This document shows, one piece after another, positions 1 through 8,277 of a stretch of 13,719 nt of DNA (the stretch's first letter is position 1; each line of letters begins with the position of its first letter). Below the pieces are notes generated by a model. That model had not been told where the DNA came from, did no database searches, and was given only the letters and a program-made list of their open reading frames with translations. Source of the stretch: Octopus sinensis (taxonomy: Eukaryota); contig NW_021826091.1 in NCBI RefSeq assembly GCF_006345805.1, positions 1 to 13,719 of the forward strand, written 5' to 3'. The translations under genes and the position numbers were made by a program.

Positions 1-163
1 TACAATAATAACGGAATTTTTTAGAATTTTCTGTCGGCTTACTTCGAGATGCGTGCTTATAGTGATAAATTATATGGTTATTGACGAGTGTTTCTATTTT
101 CGGCATATTTGGCATTAGAATTGTTTTTCTTTTTTGCCCTTGTTTATAAGTTGTGTGTGTTAT

Positions 164-190
164 TATATATATATATATATATATTATATA
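164..190. repeat. (TA)n microsatellite
   Basis: Run of TATATA with one interruption, read directly from the sequence. Confidence 0.9.
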
Positions 191-239
191 TCTATATGTG
201 AGTTTGTGTATGTATAAATCACTTCTGATTTTAACACAG

Positions 240-321
240 CCATACATTTGAAGTTTGATAGTCACCAACACAATATATCTATTAGAAATATTAGGTCTTT
301 ATTTGTCACTACAAACTGCAG
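240..321 (+). CDS. Candidate internal coding exon of an unidentified plus-strand gene
   Basis: Acceptor cttctgattttaacacag (AG 238-239) and donor CAG|gtaaag (322). One frame is open: IHLKFDSHQHNISIRNIRSLFVTTNC, phase 1 to 2. No homology recognised; an open frame this short can occur by chance. Confidence 0.2.
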
Positions 322-395
322 GTAAAGATATTTGTTCATTATGCATGTACCATATTTTAATAGTAGAGGGTTATGTAGTGAAAGTTTCATTAGTT

Positions 396-441
396 ACTAT
401 GGTAACAACAGTCTACCTATCCATCTTTCACACACACTCAC

Positions 442-482
<41 letters not shown>

Positions 483-860
483 CTCACTCAACAACAATGC
501 TTTCTTCTCAAAATAAATTTTTCTTCTATCTTTCACACACATATACTCTCTCTCTCTCTCTCTCTCTGAATTCTCTCTCAACAACAACCCTGTCATTAAA
601 ATGAGTCATTTTTTTTTAAGTATGTGCTGTCTCTATGTTGAAAAACATACAGAAACACCTGACACAAACAAACAACACCAAAAAAAACTATTAATTGCTA
701 TATAATGAAATTTTTTTTTGAAGTTGTGTTGTGTTGACAAACTTGTACTTAGAATTCCCGTGTTTTTAATCAAAACATGTTAATCACTATGGTGACAATA
801 CTACCTATCTCTCTCTCTCTCTCTCTTTCACACACACACTCTCTCTCCCTCTCAAAAACA
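396..860 (+). repeat. Locally reiterated microsatellite-bearing module
   Basis: actatggtaacaacagtctacctatc (396-421) recurs as actatggtgacaatactacctatc (786-809). The pattern tctttcacacaca...(CT)n...ctcaa occurs near 424-495, 529-587 and 824-855. Confidence 0.7.
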
Positions 861-1459
861 TTTTTTCTCCTCATTTTCTAAAAATACATTGTGATTTGTA
901 CTTTGATCCCTCCCTTTCTTTACCTCCATCTAATTGATGTTGTGATGCAGAGATAGATGGAGATCTGCTTCTCTTTTATAGTATGTTTATAGACATGATC
1001 TATTAAAATGTCAAGCTGAAAACAATGTTAGTTATCAATCACTAATATAATAAGTATTGTCTTTAAGCTGTTTAATATTACAGGTGCACTTCATCTTTAA
1101 CAAAGTAAAAACTATATTTTTTTTCTACTTTAAGCAAAGCTAATTTCTTTTGTGCAAAATATCAATAGAGCATGCTATTATTAAATAGGGATTTGGAATA
1201 AAAAATTAATATCTGCTACAATAACAATGATATTATTCAGTATACAATTTTTATGCCTAACTTTTCTTATTATGCAAACTTTTCTTTTCTTGGCACTAAA
1301 ATTAAAATTCAATATAATGTTTCTAGATTTTACTTTAAGAACAGTCAGTATAGTTTGTATGTCAATTCATATTTAAAAATCAATTTCATTTTAAATTTAA
1401 AATATCCATAAAAAAAAAATCAGATAACTTCATATATACATTATGTAAAGTTTTACTAG

Positions 1460-1582
1460 AATTATCATAGCATTCATACTGATATTTCAACTGGTGACTG
1501 GAGTAGAATATATGAACAGATATGTGTAAAAATAAGGCTATTTCCAGTTTTTCTTAATTGTGATAATATTTCTAGTGATCAG
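1460..1582 (+). CDS. Candidate internal coding exon of an unidentified plus-strand gene
   Basis: Acceptor ttttactag (1458-59; alternative AG at 1469-70). 41 open codons: NYHSIHTDISTGDWSRIYEQICVKIRLFPVFLNCDNISSDQ. The donor CAG|gtgctg is weak but phase 0, compatible with 1890-1943. Confidence 0.2.
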
Positions 1583-1889
1583 GTGCTGATTTGAAATTAA
1601 GCTAAAATATATTAATTCAATTAAAATATATGGCAACAGGAAGAAAAGACTAGCTAAGAAAAGGTGTTAGAAAAACCAGAGTGCAATATCATCAGCAGTA
1701 ATGTAGCAACAAGTTACTACAGGAATATCACACATACACACACATACAACTAACTATATAAGTTGGCAATCATGGCTTGATACTCCACCTGAGCAAGGGT
1801 ATCTCTTCCAGCACACATGTACCAAATGGTGTCATAGTCATTTTCACTAAAGTCTCACATGGGACAGGTACATATGGGATTTCCTCTAG

Positions 1890-1943
1890 ATGGTGGTGGT
1901 TTTGGAGATACAAAAAGGAAAAAAGGCAATACCAGAGTTAATG
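1890..1943 (+). CDS. Candidate 54-nt coding exon
   Basis: Acceptor atttcctctag and strong donor ATG|gtatgt; purine-rich and frame-symmetric. Phase 0 reads MVVVLEIQKGKKAIPELM; phase 1 reads xGGGFGDTKRKKGNTRVN. The true frame is undetermined. Confidence 0.35.
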
Positions 1944-2047
1944 GTATGTATATGTAAAAGGAAATGTTTTATTGCCATGACATCAAAAGAAGCATAAAGA
2001 ATGACTATATAGAACTCAGTGTGCTGACTTAGTAGATTTCTAGTGAA

Positions 2048-2063
2048 TGAACTGATAGAGAAA

Positions 2064-2099
<36 letters not shown>

Positions 2100-2221
2100 T
2101 GTATATTAGGTTTGGAGATGATGTACAGGTATTATATATTACAAGAAATGTGGTACTCAGAAATCTGGCTGGTTTTATATTTACAGATATTTATTAGTAT
2201 GTTACATGTTTTTATACATAA
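2048..2221 (-). mobile_element. Left outer arm of a palindromic (foldback) element, possibly a Penelope-like pLTR/3' tail
   Basis: The reverse complement of 3460-3581 aligns here: aagaaatg(t/a)ggtactcagaaatc...ggttttatatttacagatatttattagtatgtt(a/g)catgtttttata, the (TA)n tract and atagagaaag (2055-2064 vs 3566-3575). The inverted repeat is seen directly; the Penelope identity is inference. Confidence 0.8.
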
Positions 2222-3364
2222 CTAGCAGCATAGCCCAGCGTTGCCCGGGTGTGTAAGAGCCCCTAGTAGGCAACGACTAATCCCAATCTAGTCCTTTCCC
2301 TATAGGGAACGAAGGTGCATGTGTAGGTTGCAATGTCTTCTCTTCACTCCCAAATAACTATCAAACAGCTATCGATAATTCAACCCAACCAATTCCTACC
2401 AGGAAGAAATTACATTCGAGACTTTACCCCCAACTTCTGTTAATAACTGCTGCAGCCGCAAGTTATTCGAATACCTTTTTTTGTTTAAACTTTCTTTATA
2501 ACTACCACCTTAAACGTTTTACCTTAAATTTTTGACGTACCCTAAGGGTCCTCGGACGCTACTTGCAAACTCTTGGTTTATTATAAACCGCTTTTGTCGT
2601 GTGCACCAAAAAACCTTTTCCATTCGTTTGTTCAGTTTGGTCACTTTTGACTTTTTCGTTGTTGTCACTCACATTGCTGCCCGCTTTTTTGCCGTTTTTG
2701 TACATTTTTATACATTTTGGGATACTTACCCCCATGCGTTCCGAGAGTTAAAAAGGTCGAGTTGCGTCCCCTAGACAGTCTGTGGTTTGTGTTTAATACA
2801 CAAATCGGTTTGCTATGTGTGCCACATATGATTTAATTAACCGATTTTTTCCAGTAATAAAGTATCCTATTGGAATAAAAAGGGCCATATAGCTCCTTGG
2901 AGCAGACATGATGCTCGCTGTGAATTTAAAAAAAAATTCCTGCCAATTTGTGAAAGATAATGGCGAAAATATGTCATCTTGAATTTGAACGCGATTTCCC
3001 AAAATGGCATGATTTTATCGATTTTTTCTGATGGTAAGGTATTGCATGGAAAGCTAACGTCAGAATTAAGTTTCTTAGGGTAACATTAAGCTTCACCATG
3101 AGTTTGGTGAAAATCGATTGCAAGTTGCGAAAACTGCAACAGAAAATGTTAGAAAAGCTTAGATTCTCGACCCCATGTCGAATTTATCGATTTTTTTCAG
3201 AACTGGTGGAACTTTTCAAAATTTTCGATGCATTAGTTTTGAATTATGACATTGGGCTATGTGTGTGTCAAGTTTCATCAGAATCGGTTGAAAGCCGTGG
3301 TCGGGGTGAGGGTACAACCTGACAGACACACAGACAGACAAACTGCCGTTTATATATAGAGAGA
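2222..3364 (-). mobile_element. Full-length non-autonomous Helitron (1,143 bp)
   Basis: On the minus strand it begins TCTCTCTATATATAAACGGCAG with a nearby (CTGT)-type microsatellite. It ends with a GC-rich hairpin CCCGGGCAACGCTGGG (2249-2234), 8 nt, then CTAG (2225-2222). It is inserted between A and T with no TSD. These match canonical Helitron termini. CpG-rich relative to the flanks; no Rep/helicase ORF. Confidence 0.85.
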
Positions 3365-3369
3365 TATAT

Positions 3370-3402
3370 TAGCGCTTTCTTCCATTCTAGTGGAGTCTTC
3401 AA
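3370..3402 (-). ncRNA. Degenerate minimal hammerhead-ribozyme-like motif (minus copy)
   Basis: Minus strand reads TTGAAGA-C-TCCA ctagaa TGGA-A-GAAA-GCGCT-A: a CUGANGA-like core (C3U), helix II, GAAA, palindromic helix III AGCGCT and a CUA triplet. Helix I is weak and the G10.1-C11.1 pair is absent. Confidence 0.4.
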
Positions 3403-3412
3403 ATTAATCAAT

Positions 3413-3445
3413 TTGAAGACTCCACTAGAATGAACGAAAGCTCTA
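3413..3445 (+). ncRNA. Degenerate minimal hammerhead-ribozyme-like motif (plus copy)
   Basis: TTGAAGA-C-TCCA ctagaa TGAA-C-GAAA-GCTCT-A: the same layout as the minus copy with different substitutions. AATAAA and a (TA)n-ended tail follow. Confidence 0.4.
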
Positions 3446-3721
3446 ATATATGATATATGATTTATAAAAACATGCAACATACTAATAAATATCTGTAAAT
3501 ATAAAACCATCTGGATTTCTGAGTACCTCATTTCTTCTAATATACATATATATATATATATTTCGCTTTCTCTATTTGTTCTTATATACATATATGCTTA
3601 TATTTTTCAGTAACTTTTCATAAAAACTAATTTTACTTTTGAATACCCCAGTACCTGGAATCAACCATTGTTTTATTGCTTCAAGATAATCTAGTAGGCA
3701 TTCATGAAACAAGAAATATTT

Positions 3722-3758
3722 CATGACTACCATATATACATGACTGCCATATATACAT
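3722..3758 (+). repeat. 17-bp tandem duplication
   Basis: catgactaccatatata / catgactgccatatata / cat; one mismatch. Confidence 0.9.
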
Positions 3759-4072
3759 TTGTATTTTTTGTTCTGTGATGATTAAACATCTTGAGAACAA
3801 ATAGCAGGCAAGTAGGTGTGATATCCAATTATGAAAACTGTCTTTATTATGGGAACATACTTATGTGTTATGAATTTTTAATGAAACACATTTTAGACAC
3901 AAGCCTTCAGTTTCAATGGCTGTCTGTTGCAAAGAGGACTATTTCATCACGAGTGCTAGTGATTCAGTAAAAGACATAGTTTAAAATAGTCTATTGAAAA
4001 TTCCAAACACTGGTTTTTCTGAAATTTGTTGATATTGATAATGCATAAATAGTTCAATTTTTATATCTACAG

Positions 4073-4138
4073 CAGACTGATTTCATGCAAACTTCAGAAA
4101 AAATTTTGGAGTGTGTTAGCGACAGAAATAGGAGATAA
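4073..4138 (+). CDS. Candidate terminal coding exon
   Basis: Acceptor aatttttatatctacag. Phase 0 reads QTDFMQTSEKILECVSDRNRR* (TAA 4136-4138), in phase with 1890-1943. AATAAA and a GT-rich tract follow. A third frame is open through to AG|gtaatc at 4150, so an internal-exon reading is not excluded. Confidence 0.35.
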   Translation, partial: QTDFMQTSEKILECVSDRNRR

Positions 4139-4166
4139 TTTTAACTGCAGGTAATCCACCGATACC

Positions 4167-4198
4167 AATAAATTCGATGGGGTTTTGTTTTCTTGTCC
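4167..4198 (+). promoter_or_regulatory. Candidate polyadenylation signal with downstream GU/U-rich element
   Basis: AATAAA at 4167-4172, then ggggttttgttttcttgtcc, about 30 nt after the candidate stop codon. AATAAA is common in AT-rich DNA. Confidence 0.3.
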
Positions 4199-7100
4199 TA
4201 AAAAAAATATGAGAACTGAAAAAAGAATTATGCAATTATATATGTAGTTAACTAATTACAATCAACTTTCTTTGAACAAAATAAGAAGCTTCAGAATCTT
4301 TTTTAAACTACTTTCATTTATTTCAATTTGATTAGATTTTTATCAAGATAACTTTTGAATGAAATTACATAATTGTTTAATTGTGCTTAACTATATTGGA
4401 AAAAGTCTCAGAATAAAATAAAAGATTATTTATTTAAAACCAAAGAGTATCAACCTCTGGCAAAGTAAATAAGCTTGACTAAAAAAAACCCAAAAATAGT
4501 GAATAAATACTATAAACTCTGTTTGATAATTATAATTATCTTTAACAAAAAGGAAAATGTTAAGTGCTCTTTAAATGGAAAACTACAATGTAATCAGAAA
4601 TATTAAATTTCTAAATGTCTCAAAGAGACATTCTAACTAAATAGTGTAGTTGTTGGATAAATTAGTTTAGCTAAAGAGCCATAATTGGGGAAAATTTCTA
4701 CAGAATAAACTAACTTTAAAGATACAGAGAAACAGTATTTACTTTGCATTTGATATAATTTAATAGCAAATGAACCACATTAATGAAAGAGGTTACAAAA
4801 TTAACTGTTTAATTATCATATTAAGCTGTAAAAAACATTAACACATAAAATTTAAATTATTTGCAAATACATTCACAAGTTTATCCATTTTCAGTAAAAA
4901 AACATCTTTGACGTAAAACATTTATTTTAATTCAAAACAATCATAGGAAATTTTAAAGATAAAATTGGATCTCACATTTTAATTCTGTTAAATAATATTG
5001 CTAGCATTTTAATTCAATGGTATGTAGATGATTTTTTAATTAATGAAAAAAATCAAGAAACAAAAAAAAATAACTGATCTATTAATTTATATGGAAATAA
5101 ATTCAAAATTCATAACACTGACATGTTTATAAACTGAAATTGTGGCGAGGGAACTGAATTTCTAAAATTTGAATAAAATATTTAATAAACTCACATTTTA
5201 AATTGAACCAATAAAAATTTCAATTAAAAAATTTTGTTTTATTTAACTCCCTTGTCAATTGTGAAAGCATTTTAATTTTAAAAACCTGAGTGGGGAAAAT
5301 ACTGGGAGGGAAAAATTACTAGAATCAATATTTCTATCTGTTGATGCTTGCTATTTCAACTCCTCATGCACATGCATCACACAAGAATATCTTGTGTGTC
5401 AATGCAGAAGTAATTAGAGTAACTCATGTCTACAGAAATTAATACCCAGAATGTAGAGTTAAAACTAAATGTTAAAAGTCTATCATTTCTGCAAAGTCAT
5501 CCTCATACATGTATATGAAACTAAGAACAGTGTATGTAATCAGCAGTATGTGTTACAGAATACAAGATGAAAAACCAATACTTTTTAAGTCATATTGATA
5601 AGGGGTAATAATATTGATTAGAGGCAATAATATAAGGTTATATTAAACGTATGTTATAACCTCTAAAATATAGAAACTACAAAATAGAAGAAAGATAATA
5701 ATGGAACATTTTAAATATAGTATTAAAAGTGTGCAGATTGGTATTAAAACGATTTCTTTTAAAACATTCTTATATAAATTTATCCTTTAATCAAAGTTTT
5801 ATGTAAGAAAATTTGCTTTAGCTATGCTCTAAAAAACCAATTATATAAGCCTATACATTAAAACACGTTACTTATTTTGCTAAATCTTTCAAAATTCTTA
5901 ATTATTTTCAAAATCACCTGAAACTTATGCAGTATATTTTGTTAGAAATAGAGTTACAAATGAGTTAATGGTAAAGGTAATTACAAGTCTTCAAAATAAA
6001 AATTTAGATTTAATAATCATTAGTAATTTTATTAAAAATTGACATTACAGCTTTTGCAAACAAATGGGAAGATTAAATTCTAGTTTTTAAAACAAGGAAA
6101 AAATTCAATTAGCTTATTATTGAAAAGATAGTGTATATGTTGTAACCAAATGCACACTGTATCAGTAAAAATATGTTTACAAGTGCTATGTTAAAATAAA
6201 TGTAAACACATTTATCAAAGTGAAATATCTGAAATTATATAACAAGAGAATTATTTACAATTCCATAAAACAAAGCAAGGCAAAATGTAGTGATACTATT
6301 AGTTTAGTGAGTTGAACTTTTATAAAAGAATAATAGTAAGGTTTCTGCCTATAAGAACCTGAGGAAAGGAAAGAATAGTAAAATTGCATTATCCCATTTG
6401 CTTAGCTCATAAGCAAACACCACAAAAAATTGTTTATGCATTTGAATGCATATGAGACAGTGACAAGCCATATTCATTAGATAAAACTGTTGATATCAAA
6501 GAAATTTGAACATTTTCAGCTGTATCTACAATAGACAGTTACTAAATTATTAACAAAGTGATAATTTTTCATGAACTGCAAACCCAACAAATAAAGTAAA
6601 GTCAATAAAAAACTGTCACTTCTTATTATACCATAAAAGAATATTTGTTACAAGATAGCATTTATACATCTATAACATAGGAGCAATCAACTGAATGATA
6701 AATTAAGACACAAACACCTATGATGATTCAAATTTTTGTTTCAATCACCCACCTAAATAAGATATAAATTCAGATGGTCATAGTCTCACAATTACATAGC
6801 ATCTCACTTAAACTACACTTACATAAAAATATAATATATATGAATTAATAATAATTATCAGAAAACCATTATTAAATTACTAAATTTCAAACATATGTAC
6901 AATATATTTTATTAATATTGTTTCTGCTGCCACAATGTAACTGTTTATATAACCTAATAAAGTTCTTTTTCATATTCATTAATTATACTTTTTGATGAAG
7001 GTTTAACCACCTGTTACTATTTGCACAATAAATTCTGATAACTTTCAAAATTTTGTTTCTCATATAAACTATCTCTCCCTACACACTCAACATCTTATTT

Positions 7101-7541
7101 TTTCACTAAGAAGTTTATTCTTTTCAAAGTAAGCTTGTATAATATAAATTTTCAGGTTAAGTAATTTAAATTTCATATATATAATTTTTTTCTTTTAACT
7201 TTCCACCTTTTAAATTTTAGCCATGTATCTACTTTGCAGATAATAGTAAAATAGACCAATATATTGTAGTAAACACATTCACATACATGTATCTTGAAGT
7301 GTGTGTTTGATCAAATAGTGATGATATTAAGTAGCGGTATTTCTTCAACGGATTTGCATAAATCAAATAATATTGCATTATGTAGTAAATATGCTGTAAG
7401 TATTGATGCAACATGACCAAATGACTGATACACTTGCTTCATAGTTCAAGATCTTTTCAGGGTTGATCACTCTGAGGGACATCTCAGATCGATTCAAGCC
7501 TTACAAGTGAAATTGGATAGACAAAATTCATTAGATGGATG

Positions 7542-7663
7542 GTATCTGTAGTTCAAAGGCCATGCCTTGTCATATTTCATAACAGATTTTACTTGAGAAT
7601 TATGTTTAAGATTCAAATGTCTGTGGAATATTCAGCCACTTACATGCTAATTCAATGAGCAGG
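7542..7663 (+). mobile_element. Decayed 3' fragment of a SINE
   Basis: gtatctgtagttcaaaggccatgccttgtca...gtctgtggaatattcagccacttacatgctaatt...gagcagg resembles the 3' half of a SINE I recall from Octopus DNA. Not verified by search. Confidence 0.5.
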
Positions 7664-7769
7664 TAATTTAGTTCTCAAACAACTGAATACTCATTACCAA
7701 AACAAATGGGGATCACTTCTTAATGAAGGATAAGATATGAAACCATTCATATCAAATATTTCTCAAGTA

Positions 7770-8207
7770 AATAAAGTCATTATTTGTACCCTGTACAGCA
7801 AGATCAGGAATAAATATTTACATATTCATTAACACATCTAAGGAGGTTTAGATGCAAAATATGCTAGTCCCTGTAGTGTACATCATAGAAGAGCTTTTCT
7901 CTATTATAATGATAAGGTATTCAACACACTTGGCTCATTGGTGCACAGAATTCTGGGATACTGGTGTTTCAACAGGTTTCATCCATCAAAAGCAGCCAGA
8001 ACTAAGCCTAAACAAAGCCACAGCTTATTTTATACTTTAAGGTGGGCTGTGTGGTAAGAAGCTTGCTTCTCAACTACATGGTTCTGGGTTCAGTCCCACT
8101 GCGTGGCACCTCGGGCTAGTGTCTTCTACTATAGCCTCAGGCCAACCAGTCTTGTGAGTGGATTTGGTAGACAGAAACCAAAAGAAACCCGTCATGTATG
8201 TATGTAT

Positions 8208-8277
<70 letters not shown>

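Larger units (their letters stand above)
3365..3581. mobile_element. Centre and right arm of the palindromic element
   Basis: Perfect 23-bp inverted repeat cattctagtggagtcttcaaatt (3383-3405) / aatttgaagactccactagaatg (3410-3432) with loop aatc. It extends a further ~18 bp with 3 mismatches, then continues as the inverse of 2048-2221. Confidence 0.85.

Noticed and set aside
255-604. ORF-track ORFs of 104 and 90 aa
   Set aside because: They read through (CT)n/(CA)n microsatellites (SLSLSL), which lack stops; there is no domain signal.
924-962. Inverted repeat ctccatcta/tagatggag as a possible pre-miRNA
   Set aside because: Only 9 bp of stem around a 21-nt loop; too short for a miRNA precursor.
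1680-1705. Minus-strand ADDIAL resembling the RT YADD motif
   Set aside because: No flanking RT motifs at the expected spacing; likely chance.
1750-1890. Minus-strand frame ...CTCPM*DFSENDYDTIWYMC... as possible selenocysteine read-through
   Set aside because: No SECIS or selenoprotein homology recognised; several frames on both strands are open in this GC-richer patch.
2043-3591. Two similar ORFs (2043-2225 plus and 3268-3591 minus) as paralogous genes
   Set aside because: The similarity is just the two arms of the DNA palindrome, and both read through (TA)n.
5373-5406. Hairpin cacacaaga-ata-tcttgtgtg
   Set aside because: An isolated 9-bp stem with no second copy or other supporting feature.
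7461-7541. Plus-strand candidate exon VDHSEGHLRSIQALQVKLDRQNSLDG
   Set aside because: The donor GT is supplied by the adjacent SINE fragment and there is no homology. It is only compatible if 4073-4150 is an internal exon, which I could not support.
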